Shown here piece after piece: positions 49,301 to 59,026 of a stretch of DNA of 64,000 nucleotides. The notes beneath the pieces were generated by a model. It searched no databases. It was not told where the DNA came from and was given only the letters and a program-made list of their open reading frames with translations. Both the position numbers and the translations under genes were made by a program. The first letter of the stretch is position 1, and each line of letters begins with the position of its first letter. This DNA is from Candidatus Multivorans sp. (lineage in GTDB: Bacteria > Acidobacteriota > Thermoanaerobaculia > Multivoradales > Multivoraceae): assembly GCA_965224025.1 (NCBI GenBank), contig OZ245033.1, positions 3,008,001 to 3,072,000 on the forward strand. Reading direction: 5' to 3'.

Positions 49301-50044
49301 CTATGACTTCCGCGCTGGCATCTGACTCTCCTCCAGCCGGAGCTCGGTAGCGACGGGCGGCTGAGTAGTGCTGAGAATCACGACGCGGTTCCAGGGAGCT
49401 CTCACCAGAATCTGACGCCGCACTTCGTCCGCTTCGTGGGAGTCCATTGGTGCGTGACCAATGTGGTCTACGAGTACGAGCCACAGTTGTTCATACTTGC
49501 CGCCCATCGCCCCGAGCTTCTTGGTCTTGCTGGCTACCGTCATGGGGATTCTCGAGAGGTACTCACGAACCGGGTACCTTCCCTCTCCCGAGTTGACGGT
49601 ACCTACTCTGTACTGAGGCTCGCTGCTGGAACGGCAGGCGGGCACCAAATCGAGACTGACCCCGCAAGGGAGGCAGATCCTCCCGGGATCCCAAAGGGCC
49701 TTCCGCGCCTGTTGCGTCACAGTGCGCCTGCTCGGAAGCTCCTTCTTCATGTCGTACTTAGCGACGGCGCTGTAGGACGGATGCCAGCGCGGAGGTTTGA
49801 TCTCCTCAAAGAGGACCTCCAGCGTTCTCCTCAGGGCCTGTTTCCGGCGACGGCCGTCGTCGTCATCCTCCTGTGTGTGCAGGCGGGTCACTTCGACACC
49901 GTACTTGCCGTCAACCAAGAAGTCAGGTGGATCGTCACAGATCTTCTTGACGGTGTGGCCCAGGTCTTCAAGCCACTGGCGTGCTTGTTTCTCGTCTAAG
50001 TTCTCAGATCGACAGGGGTTGTCGGTGACAGAATTGTGGCACAT
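49301..50044 (-). CDS. Hypothetical protein, possible PD-(D/E)XK fold
   Basis: DDPPDF...GVEVTRL and WLVLVDHI motifs; start uncertain. Confidence 0.55.
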   Translation of the reverse strand: MCHNSVTDNPCRSENLDEKQARQWLEDLGHTVKKICDDPPDFLVDGKYGVEVTRLHTQEDDDDGRRRKQALRRTLEVLFEEIKPPRWHPSYSAVAKYDMKKELPSRRTVTQQARKALWDPGRICLPCGVSLDLVPACRSSSEPQYRVGTVNSGEGRYPVREYLSRIPMTVASKTKKLGAMGGKYEQLWLVLVDHIGHAPMDSHEADEVRRQILVRAPWNRVVILSTTQPPVATELRLEESQMPARKS

Positions 50045-50152
50045 TGGGGCCTCCCTTAGGGTTGCCGTGGTTCGTAGAGGTGTTGCCGAAGGCTGTGGGT
50101 CGACGAGGATTCTTGCGCGGTTCGGCAGGCAACGCATCGGTTCGATGCGTTG

Positions 50153-51109
50153 CTAGAATCCGTAGGACACCCTTACGTCTGTGTGAGTCCTGATCGGTTG
50201 GCCGTTTGCCGTAGCAGGTCGGTACTTCCACTTCCTGACTGTCGCCACAGCCATAGCAGTGGTTTGCTCTTCAGCAGAGCGTCGTCGTTCAGCATAGCCG
50301 CGACGCTCCTTCGCATACGCTCGACCGATGTAGGCTTCTCTCGTTACCTCGACATCCACAACCTCTCCACTCTCGGAGATTGTGAGACGAAGGTCCAGCC
50401 AGCCTCGAACACGGGCTCTTCGGGCTTCCTTCGAGAACGGCGGATCGGCGCCACTGATCTTCTCGGGCGGCACCATGATTGGGTCGGCTTTCGCGATCTC
50501 GGGTTCCACCCGAGGGCAGGCGGGGCCGTTGAGGAACGCCTCGACGACCTCTCGCTCGGGTTCGCCGAACGGCAGCCGCCAGACCGCCGTTGAGTTGTCG
50601 GAGTGACGGGCCTCGAACGCGAGTGTGGTGCCGGCCCACGCGGCCGACTCCTGCACGAACAGAGTGTGCGGCGGGTCGGTGGCGTTCTGCACCTGTCCGT
50701 TCAGGATCACCCTCGTTGGGCGCAGCGGTTCGCCGGACACCGGGATGCCGTTCGAGTTGACCCGACCTCGATCCGTGACGACCTGCACCACACCGTCGCA
50801 GTACACGAGAAGCATGGCTGTGTAGAACCCCGGCGTACTCGCGCTCGCTTCCGAGTACATGGGGGATCGGAGGTGACACGAACCCATCTGCCCCGTCAAG
50901 TCGTCGTGGTCGCAGATCTCACTCCACGACGAAACTTCGCGCACCGTCGGGTGGTTCTTCTCGTCCTCCCGAAGCGCGGCTTTCATGACCGGGTGGTCGT
51001 AAGTGAGCTGGCTGACTGGCAGTTCTGCTGACCGGCGCGACTCCGCTTCCTGCCCTTCAGACGCCGAAGCAGCTAGTAGCGCGAGGGGCAGAACCGCGAC
51101 TGCGGCCAT
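50153..51109 (-). CDS. Secreted protein with TonB C-terminal domain
   Basis: Signal peptide; P.F..EARRARVRG...L...ISESGEV.DVEV...AV..VRKWKYRPA..NGQP. Confidence 0.75.
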   Translation of the reverse strand: MAAVAVLPLALLAASASEGQEAESRRSAELPVSQLTYDHPVMKAALREDEKNHPTVREVSSWSEICDHDDLTGQMGSCHLRSPMYSEASASTPGFYTAMLLVYCDGVVQVVTDRGRVNSNGIPVSGEPLRPTRVILNGQVQNATDPPHTLFVQESAAWAGTTLAFEARHSDNSTAVWRLPFGEPEREVVEAFLNGPACPRVEPEIAKADPIMVPPEKISGADPPFSKEARRARVRGWLDLRLTISESGEVVDVEVTREAYIGRAYAKERRGYAERRRSAEEQTTAMAVATVRKWKYRPATANGQPIRTHTDVRVSYGF

Positions 51110-52113
51110 CGTTCTGGCCGTCCGCTCAGCTACGGAGAATCCCCTGACGGCGAGGGGCCGAGCGGCCTCATCTCGGCAACGAGTAACCCTTGTTGGGGGG
51201 TACCGTTCCGGTCCTCCGCCATACGGAGAGCGCTGCATCTGAGCCTCCTATACCCAGAAGGCAGAATAGCAGCCCCGCATTCCGCCCGATAGCCGGCGGG
51301 CACCGCCCAGGCCATGAATGGAGGCTCCTCGGCGCTGTTTGCCGACACGCCGACTGGTGCCGGGCCGTGTAACGCACCGTGCGCACAGGTAACTGATCCC
51401 GCTTATTCGCCGCGCTTGAGCACGGAACCCACGACCCCGACGCGAGCCCGTTCACCGACTGTTGTATTCCACAGGCGACCCGACGTGGGGAACCTGCACA
51501 CACTTGCGTTACCGCACCAGCGTAGCGGACGTGGGAGACGCCCTGGCGACTCAGCTGTCAATGGCAACTGAAACCGGTCACGGCCTGGGCGCGCTCCGCG
51601 TCCAGTAGTCGCCGGCGCAGAACTCGTGCACGGCCCTGGCGGCGCTCAGTGGCGCGTCTGGCCTCCGAGCCTTCCCGCAGGGATCAACTCTGACGTGAGC
51701 GACCCCAGGCCCGCGGTAAACGCCGCGGTAAACGAGGAGTAGGCCGCAGGGCCGCATCAGGCGGTGAAACAGGGGGGGCGCTCACGTCACGACCCGGCCG
51801 CTTGGAGCGGTCGGGTCGCCAGCCCGCTGCGGTGCCGGTGCAGAAAGGCTTCCGAGAAAACGACAGGCAGTGCAACGACATTCTCGGAGTGTCCTCGAAA
51901 GCGGACAAGTAAACGAGGACGGCGGAACAGCTAGACGAGGGGGATGCTGACCTTTTTCACTCCTGGAGCGGATCCTGGTCCGACTCCGTTAGGCGGTCAG
52001 GGATCGGGGCGTGGGGCTGCGGAGAGTCGAGGTCTGGTGTTCCCCAGCATTGGTCTGGCGAAAACGATCGCCGCAACTGCCGAGTCGGCCGGCCTCTACC
52101 AGACCTTGAGGTT

Positions 52114-52890
52114 CTAAGGCACATCGAGCAGAGCGCGCCAAGCGTCCGACGCGGTGTAGTAGCGAATCATGGCGTCTTCCGCCGCGAGTTCGGCCGTCTC
52201 TTCCGCTGCAGCGGCTCGCGTAAGGGCTGGAGCGGCGAACTCGGCCACTGCCGCGCGTTGAACACGCCGGAGTTCGTTGAGCGCGCGCCCGCTCGCACGG
52301 CTACTCTCTGCAAACCGTTCATAAAGCTCCGGGCGTGGTGTTTCGCCGGGGCTCAAAGCATGTCTCGACCATGCCGCCTCGGCGCGGTCTCTCGCTTCGC
52401 CGGTGCGAATCACTTCCGCCAAGGCGGAGGTCGATGCGGCGGTGATTGCCTCAGCGGCAGGACCTTGACTCACTTCGCCGCGACTCCGGGTAGCCAGCGC
52501 CGCTGCCGCTTCGGCCGAGACGGCCTTAGCAGTGTCTCGGGCCTCAAGGGCGGCTGCCAGCGCGTCGCCGAGCTGTTCGGCGTACTCGGCCGCTTCAAGA
52601 CTCCGGTCGAAGGCCGCAGCGGTTGCCTCGGGTGCTGTGTCACGCGCGTCGCGGGCCGCTTCCAGAGCCTCGCGCGTAGCAACTCGGAATCTGTCCCGGA
52701 CGCCGGCAGCGTCGGGATCATCGACGGCTCGTAGATCGTCGATTGCGTCGCCAGCAGCGGCAGCGGTGAGTGCAGCCAACCGGACCGCGGCAGGGTCTGG
52801 CTCTGTAGGCGCACACGCCACGGCCAGAACCGCGACGAGGGCACCAGCGAAGCCCTGCTCGAAGACTCCAGTTCTGTGCTTCGATTTCAC
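52114..52890 (-). CDS. Ala-rich helical hypothetical lipoprotein
   Basis: Hydrophobic stretch ending LAVAC; long ORF; start uncertain. Confidence 0.55.
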   Translation of the reverse strand: MKSKHRTGVFEQGFAGALVAVLAVACAPTEPDPAAVRLAALTAAAAGDAIDDLRAVDDPDAAGVRDRFRVATREALEAARDARDTAPEATAAAFDRSLEAAEYAEQLGDALAAALEARDTAKAVSAEAAAALATRSRGEVSQGPAAEAITAASTSALAEVIRTGEARDRAEAAWSRHALSPGETPRPELYERFAESSRASGRALNELRRVQRAAVAEFAAPALTRAAAAEETAELAAEDAMIRYYTASDAWRALLDVP

Positions 52891-53058
52891 GCTCGAAACC
52901 CTAGTCTGCCAGTGACCCCGGGGGAGGATGATACCTTTGCTCACAGTTGGCACTGCAGGACAATCGGGACACCAAACCGCCTTCCCTTTGGTGCTACGCA
53001 CACGGCGAGGTTGCTGGAGCGCCGGCGGAACGTCATGGAGGCCTTGGGCGCGTTCCTA

Positions 53059-54195
53059 GTGTAGCGTCTCCGACATGGGTTGACAGTTTCGGTTAAGTTC
53101 GTCAGTATTCCGTTCATGTGGGAACCAGCGGAACGACTTGACATCGAAGAGAGCGATCGAGCGCTTCTCAAGAAATGGGTAGAGGCGCCGACGACGCCAC
53201 AACGCACGGTCCGGCGTAGCCGGATCGTGCTCGCTGCGGCGGAGGGCACGGCCAATCGGGCGATCGCGGCGAAACTCGGAGTTTCGCGGCCCACGGTGCT
53301 GCTGTGGCGTCGTCGGTTCGCGGAGGACGGGCCTTCGGGGCTGACCAGGGATCGTCCCCGCGGTTGCGGAAAGCCGCCGCTCTCGGAGTCGGTCGTGCGT
53401 AAAGTGATCGAAGCGACGCTGCACGAGAAGCCGCCCGGTCAGACCCACTGGAGCGTGCGTTCGATGGCTCGGGCCCAGGGCATCAGTCCGGCGGCGGTCC
53501 AGCGCATCTGGGCGGCGCACGGGCTGAAGCCCCATCTGGTCAGGACGTTCAAGCTGAGTAACGACCCCAGGTTCGTGGAAAAGCTGCGGGACGTTGTGGG
53601 CCTGTACCGGAATCCGCCCGAGAATGCGCTTGTGCCGTGCGTGGACGAGAAGAGCCAGATCCAGGCTCTGGACCGGACCCAGCCAGGTTTGCCGCTCAAG
53701 CGCGGCCGCGCGGGAACGATGACCCACGACTACAAGCGCAACGGGACGACGACGTTGTTCGCTGCGCTGAACGTGTTGGAGGGCACGGTGATCGCGGAGT
53801 GCATGGGCCGGCAGCGCCACCAGGAGTTTCTCCGTTTCCTCAAGCGTCTCGACCGTGAGATCCCAAAGCACCTCGACCTGCACCTGATCCTGGACAACTA
53901 CCAGACCCACAAACACGCCGCCGTGCGCGCATGGCTGGAGCGAAAGCCTCGCTTCCACTTCCATTTCATTCCCACTTAGTCGCCCTGGCTTAACCTGGTC
54001 GAACGCTGGCTGGGCGGTCTGACCACGAAGGCGATCCGGCGCGGTGCATTCCAGAGCGTCAACGACCTCGTAAAGACCATCTACGACTATGTGGACCACA
54101 GCAACGAAAACTCCCGGCCGTTCGTCTGGACGGCCACCGCCGACAGCATCGTCGCAAAGGTTACACGTGGTAAAGCCATGTTGGAGACACTACAC
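53059..54195 (+). mobile_element. IS630-family insertion sequence
   Basis: IRs GTGTAGCGTCTCCGACATGG / CCATGTTGGAGACACTACAC, TA duplication in CTAG context; inserted in a third integrase-tail copy. Confidence 0.93.
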
Positions 54196-54198
54196 TAG
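53116..54198 (+). pseudogene. IS630 transposase with an in-frame TAG (53977-79)
   Basis: CVDEKSQIQALDR, THDYKRNGTTTLFAAL, ILDNY.THK, HFIPT-TAG-SPWLNLVERW. Confidence 0.9.
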
Positions 54199-54279
54199 TC
54201 GAGCCAGACCACCGGTGGTACGCCAGCGTGCAGACGAGGGGCCGGAGGGCCGTGAAGACGTACTCTCTGGGGGAAGTAG

Positions 54280-54471
54280 ATGAAGAGCAAGGGCCACAGA
54301 ACGAAACCATGGCACTTGTCGTCTACACAGACGGTGTACCACTACTGGAGCACCTGCCCTCTCGCGCATGAGAGATACGAGGAGAACGCGCAGAGCGGCA
54401 AGGGCGCCGGTCGCCGTCCGTGCGGCCACTGCCAGAACCACGAACGCGCCTGGGCGGTAACCAGACGGTAG
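54280..54471 (+). CDS. Small putative Zn-binding protein
   Basis: 63 aa, VYH....C...G.G.GRRPC..C pattern. Confidence 0.55.
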   Translation: MKSKGHRTKPWHLSSTQTVYHYWSTCPLAHERYEENAQSGKGAGRRPCGHCQNHERAWAVTRR

Positions 54472-54785
54472 AGTTTGAAGGGCTGCCTGAAGCGGACGGC
54501 GAGACTCTAACGGGCGCTCTCTAACTCTAAGTCTAAGAAGGCAGCAGAGTCTAGGCAGGAGTCGAGGCCCGCCGTCGGTCGCTGGTGTCCGGGTGGGGAC
54601 GAAGGGGACCGTATGGGGACAGTCCCCGACGAGCGTTCGCCTCAAGTATCTGCGTCTACTGCTACTTGGCCCGATTCAGAGCGGGAAGCAGTGAGCGCAC
54701 CCCCTTTCATTCTCCGACCAAGCGCGAACGGCACCTGGGACCCGTCCCCCTGAACTCCTCCGCGGGCGGGTGAGTGCAACTCGGC

Positions 54786-56963
54786 TCAGGGCGCCTCGCC
54801 GGCCGCCGCCGCGGCCTGCTCGTCGGCGAGCATGTTGCGACGGTGCAGCACGTAGGACTTGAGGAGGGCGACGTCGTCGCGGTCGAGGACGGGCGCGAAG
54901 CTCGGCATGCCGAGGTCGACGAGGGCGCCTTCGAGCAAGACTGCCTCGTAGGAGTCGAAGACGCGCTGGGAGGACTGCCGCAGGTCGGGCGTGACGCCGC
55001 CGGAGACGGCGCCGTAGCCGTGGCAGACGAGGCAGTACTGGTTGAACAGCCGGCGGCCGGCGTCGATGTCCGCGGCCGAAGCGCCGTGGTCGGCGCGGGT
55101 GACGCGGATCTCGCGGCGCTCCCGCCGCTCGATCGGCCGGCCGGTGGCGCCGAGGGCGTAGACGACGATCCGGCCTTCGGAGTCGACCGCCTGTCGGGCT
55201 GAGCGGCTGCCGACGATGCCGAAGGCGCCGCCCCAGCCGGACATCACGGCGATGTACTGCGTGCCGCCGCTCTCGAAGGTGATCGGCGGCGCGATGACGC
55301 CGCTGCCGGTGTAGCTCTCCCAGAGCTTCTCGCCGTCGTCGGCCCGGTACGCGGTCAGGAGGCCGAAGGGGGTGCCCTGGAAGACGAGGTTGCCGGCCGT
55401 GGCGAGCGTGCCGCCGGACCAGGGCATCGTGTACTGCGCCCGCCAGACCTCGCGCTGGGCGACCGGGTCCCACGCCAGCAGGTGACCGGAGAGCAGAGCC
55501 GGCGGCGCGTCCTCGGCAAGCATCTGGCCGGAGAGGCCGGTGGCGTCGATCACCGCCTGAGGAATGTCCTCGGGTGCGGCCGGCCGCACGCCCAGGTTCC
55601 ACTGGCCCGGCGTGTACTTGAAGTTCAGGGCCGGCACGTAGAAGTTCGACATCTCCATCGCCGGGATGTACACGAGTCCGGTGTCCGGGCTGAACGCCAT
55701 CGGGTGCCAGTTGTGCCCGCCGAGCGGCCCGGGCGAGACGGCGACTGCCTGGTCGGTGTAGCGCGCTCCGGCGAGCTCGACCGGCCGCCCGGACGCGAGA
55801 TCGACGTGGCTGGCCCAGGTCACGGTGACGAACTCCTCGGCCGAGATCAGCTCGCCGGTGCGGCGATCGAGGACGTAGAAGAACCCGTTCTTGGGCGCCT
55901 GCATGAGGACGTGGCGCACCCGGCCGCCGATCGGCAGCTCGGCGAGCATGATCGGCTGGGTGGCGGTGTAGTCCCAGGTGTCGCCGGGAGTCGTCTGGTA
56001 GTGCCAGACGTACTCGCCGGTGTCGGGACGGAGCGCCACGATCGAAGACAGGAACAGGTTGTCGCCGCCGCCGGGGCTGCGGAGGTTGCGGTCCCAGGGC
56101 GCGCCGTTGCCGACGCCGATGTAGAGCAGGTCGAGTTCCGGATCGTAGACGATCGAGTCCCACACGGTGCCGCCGCCGCCGCCGGTCCACCACTCGCCGG
56201 TCCAGGTCTCGGCGGCCATCCGCATCGCCTCGTCCTCGAAGCCGTCCGCCGGGTTGCCCGGCACCGTGTAGAAGCGCCAGGCGCGCTCGCCGGTTTCCGC
56301 GTCGTAGGCGTCGACGTAGCCGCGCACGCCGTACTCGGCGCCGCTGTTGCCGATGATCACCTTGCCCTTCGCGATCCGGGGGGCGCCGGTGATCGTGTAC
56401 ATCGAGTCCTCGGGCACTGTCATCGTCGACCAGGCGAGTTCGCCTGTCTCGGCGTCGATGGCGATCAGGCGTCCGTCGAGGGTGGCGGAGATCACCTTCC
56501 CGCGGTAGAGCGCGGCGCCGCGGTTGACCGCGTCGCAGCAGGTCTTCATCGCGATGGAGCGCGGCACCTCCGGGTCATGGGTCCACAGCGGTTCGCCGGT
56601 GACCGCGTCCAGGGCGTAGATCACGTTCCAGGCGCCGGTCGCGTACATCACGCCGTCGACGATCAGCGGCGTGCCCTCGAGGCCGCGCTTCGTGTTCGTC
56701 TCCATGACCCAGGAGATGCCGAGCTCAGCTACGTTGCCGTCGTTGATCTGGTCGAGCGGGCTGTAGCGCTGCTCCTTGTAGGTGCCGCCATAGGTCAGCC
56801 AGTCGGCGGTACGGCCCGCGGCGCCGACCAGGGCGGCGTCGTCGACCGCGTAGGCGGCCTCCGCGCGACGCGGCGGCGGCTGAGACATCGCCGAGCCGGT
56901 GAGAAGGAGCGCCGCGGTCCCGGCGGCGAAGGTTCGGACGGAACGAGTGAACAAGTGGCTCAT
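54786..56963 (-). CDS. PQQ-dependent quinohemoprotein alcohol dehydrogenase (type II)
   Basis: QRYSPLDQIN, TCCDAVNRG, GAEYGVRGY, PGDTWDYTATQ, GGHNW, heme motif CLVCH. Confidence 0.92.
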   Translation of the reverse strand: MSHLFTRSVRTFAAGTAALLLTGSAMSQPPPRRAEAAYAVDDAALVGAAGRTADWLTYGGTYKEQRYSPLDQINDGNVAELGISWVMETNTKRGLEGTPLIVDGVMYATGAWNVIYALDAVTGEPLWTHDPEVPRSIAMKTCCDAVNRGAALYRGKVISATLDGRLIAIDAETGELAWSTMTVPEDSMYTITGAPRIAKGKVIIGNSGAEYGVRGYVDAYDAETGERAWRFYTVPGNPADGFEDEAMRMAAETWTGEWWTGGGGGTVWDSIVYDPELDLLYIGVGNGAPWDRNLRSPGGGDNLFLSSIVALRPDTGEYVWHYQTTPGDTWDYTATQPIMLAELPIGGRVRHVLMQAPKNGFFYVLDRRTGELISAEEFVTVTWASHVDLASGRPVELAGARYTDQAVAVSPGPLGGHNWHPMAFSPDTGLVYIPAMEMSNFYVPALNFKYTPGQWNLGVRPAAPEDIPQAVIDATGLSGQMLAEDAPPALLSGHLLAWDPVAQREVWRAQYTMPWSGGTLATAGNLVFQGTPFGLLTAYRADDGEKLWESYTGSGVIAPPITFESGGTQYIAVMSGWGGAFGIVGSRSARQAVDSEGRIVVYALGATGRPIERRERREIRVTRADHGASAADIDAGRRLFNQYCLVCHGYGAVSGGVTPDLRQSSQRVFDSYEAVLLEGALVDLGMPSFAPVLDRDDVALLKSYVLHRRNMLADEQAAAAAGEAP

Positions 56964-57049
56964 GGCAAGAGTTCTCCTACGAGGCGTGGGGCCTCGACCT
57001 GAGAGCGCGGGCATCTATGCCCGCATCCGGATCCTCGGTACGGCTGAGG

Positions 57050-59026
57050 CTACTCGGCCGGTTCGTCGCCCGCAGCCCTGGAAGGCAGCGCCAGGACGAC
57101 GAGTTCGGGCGGCGTACCGCCGCCGCCGATGCCGAACCTGCCGCCGCCGGTGGCGACGGCGAGATACTGCCGGCCGCTGTGTTCGTAGCTGATTACGTTC
57201 GAGTGCGGCGTCTCCGGCAGTTCGATGCCGCCCAGGTACTCACCGGTCGCCTTGTCGTAGACGCTGATCTCGGGCGGTACTTCGGGTTCTCTCGCCGCGG
57301 TGACGAAGAGCAGCGTGGGCGTAACCAGGGGCGCGGCGGTGTGGTTGACCCGCCCAAGCCGGCCGAGTTCCAGGCGGGCGATCGCGGGATGGTTCACCGG
57401 CCCTACGCCGTGCGGGACCATCCAAAGGTGCTCGCCCGTGTTCAGATCGATCGCCGTGATGCGGCCGTAGGGCGGCTTCACCAGGGGCAGCCCCCGGGGT
57501 CCTTCGACCGTCGAGTACCAGCGGTCGGGGACGAAGTTGAGGTCGGAGCGGTTCGGGTCGGGCTGGATGAGCGAGACGCTGGCCGGGCGGGTGTGGGAGA
57601 CGACGTAGAGCACGCCGCTCTCGGGATCGACCGCCGCGCCGGTCCAGTTCGCGCCGCCGCCGTCGGCCGGCAGTTGGATCGTCGGTTTGCCGGACTCCTC
57701 AAGACGCGGCGGCGTGTAGAGCGGCACGAGGTCGTAGTCGGCTGCGATCTCGAGCGCCTCGGCGCGGAGTTCCGGCGTCCAGTCGATCAGGTCGTCCTCC
57801 GTGATTCCCTGGCGGTCGAACGGGGCCGGCCGGGTGGGGAAGGGCTGGGTCGGCGCCGCGCGCTCGCCGGGTACGCCGCTGGGCAACACCTCGCGTTCCT
57901 CGATGTCCCAGACGGGCTTGCCGCTGGTCCGGTCGAAGACGAACGCGAACGCCTGTTTGGTGACCTGGACCACGCCGCTCACCTGCTCGCCGCCCACCGT
58001 CGCCTCGAACAGGTTGGGGGCGGTCGGCGGGTCGTAGTCCCAGAGGCCGTGGTGGACGAACTGGTAGTGCCAGCGGCGTTCCCCGGTCGCGCAGTCGACG
58101 GCGACGATGCTCTCGGCGTACAGGTTGTCGCCGAGCCGGTGGCCGCCGTAGAGATCGTTCGTCGGCGTGCCGATGGGCAGGTACGCGGTCCAGGCCTCCT
58201 CGTCGACCGCGATCATCGACCAGACGTTCGTGTTGCCGCTGTAGCGCCAGGAACCGTCCTCCCAGGTTTCGACGCCCAGTTCGTCGTTCTGGGGGATGGT
58301 GTGGAAGACCCAGGCAAGATCGCCGGTCGGGATGTCGTAGGCGCGGACGAAGCCGGGCGGGGCTTCCTTGTGGGTGGCGCCGTCGGCGACGATCGACCCC
58401 ACGATCACGGTGTTGCCGCAGATCGCGGGCGGCGAGCTGTGGGTCGTCAAGCGTTCCATCACCTCTCGTCCGAGGTGCGGCGTCATCTCGACCGCGCCGC
58501 CGTCGCCGAAGGCGGGGTCCGGCTTGCCGGTCGCGGCGTCGAGGGAGACGAGCCGGCGGTCGTGAGTGGGAATCAGCACCCGCTCACGCTCACCGTCCGT
58601 CCAGTAGGCGACGCCGCGGTGCTGGAAGCCGAGGTTCGCGGGACGTCCGGCGCGCCAACTCTCGGGGTCGTAGGTCCAGATCGTCTCGCCGTTGTCCGCA
58701 TCGATGGCGGCGACCTGGCTGAGCGAAGTGGACACGAAGATCCGGCCGTTGACCTCGAGCGGGATCGCCTTGAACTGGCCGCGCCGCACGGTGCTCGGAA
58801 CTTCCGTGTCGGCGGCGAAAGACCGCCAGCGCCAGACGACTTCGACATCCTGGAAGTTGTCGCGGTCGATCTTGTCGAGCGTCGAGTACTTGCTGTTGCC
58901 GGGATCGCCGCCGAAGACGGGCCAGTCGCCGGAGGCGCCCGCCTGGGCCGCGAGCGGCGGGCTCGCGAGCGCCGCGGCGAGCGCAAGACCGGCCGCGGCG
59001 AGGCGTGAGGTGAAATGCCTGGTCAG
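57050..59026 (-). CDS. Secreted PQQ-dependent dehydrogenase (glucose/quinate dehydrogenase-like)
   Basis: DWP.FGGD.G..KYS.LD.I, PG.VRAYD, HHGLWDYD, GGANW.G, KPPYG.ITAIDL; start assigned to the CTG overlapping the upstream TGA. Confidence 0.85.
   Translation of the reverse strand: MTRHFTSRLAAAGLALAAALASPPLAAQAGASGDWPVFGGDPGNSKYSTLDKIDRDNFQDVEVVWRWRSFAADTEVPSTVRRGQFKAIPLEVNGRIFVSTSLSQVAAIDADNGETIWTYDPESWRAGRPANLGFQHRGVAYWTDGERERVLIPTHDRRLVSLDAATGKPDPAFGDGGAVEMTPHLGREVMERLTTHSSPPAICGNTVIVGSIVADGATHKEAPPGFVRAYDIPTGDLAWVFHTIPQNDELGVETWEDGSWRYSGNTNVWSMIAVDEEAWTAYLPIGTPTNDLYGGHRLGDNLYAESIVAVDCATGERRWHYQFVHHGLWDYDPPTAPNLFEATVGGEQVSGVVQVTKQAFAFVFDRTSGKPVWDIEEREVLPSGVPGERAAPTQPFPTRPAPFDRQGITEDDLIDWTPELRAEALEIAADYDLVPLYTPPRLEESGKPTIQLPADGGGANWTGAAVDPESGVLYVVSHTRPASVSLIQPDPNRSDLNFVPDRWYSTVEGPRGLPLVKPPYGRITAIDLNTGEHLWMVPHGVGPVNHPAIARLELGRLGRVNHTAAPLVTPTLLFVTAAREPEVPPEISVYDKATGEYLGGIELPETPHSNVISYEHSGRQYLAVATGGGRFGIGGGGTPPELVVLALPSRAAGDEPAE

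Larger units (their letters stand above)
48623..54763. mobile_element. Degenerate genomic island bracketed by a 32-bp inverted repeat
   Basis: IR 48623-48654 / 54732-54763 (31/32 identical); integrase remnants, IS630, IS-end scar, orphan genes with more AT-rich codons. Confidence 0.6.

Noticed and set aside
5521-54198. Genome-wide stop-codon reassignment (TGA or TAG) suggested by in-frame stops
   Set aside because: TGA and TAG both terminate many intact genes at their expected C-termini (cusA, higA, higB, PQQ-ADH, DUF3604), and the two TGAs replace different residues
54660-54720. SRP RNA-like GGAAGCAG
   Set aside because: Lacks the CAGG-CC-GNAA-GG-AGCAG domain IV hairpin
9010-56963. Lanthanide-dependent alcohol dehydrogenases
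   Set aside because: Both ADHs have D-Y-S or D-Y-T rather than the D-x-D lanthanide signature
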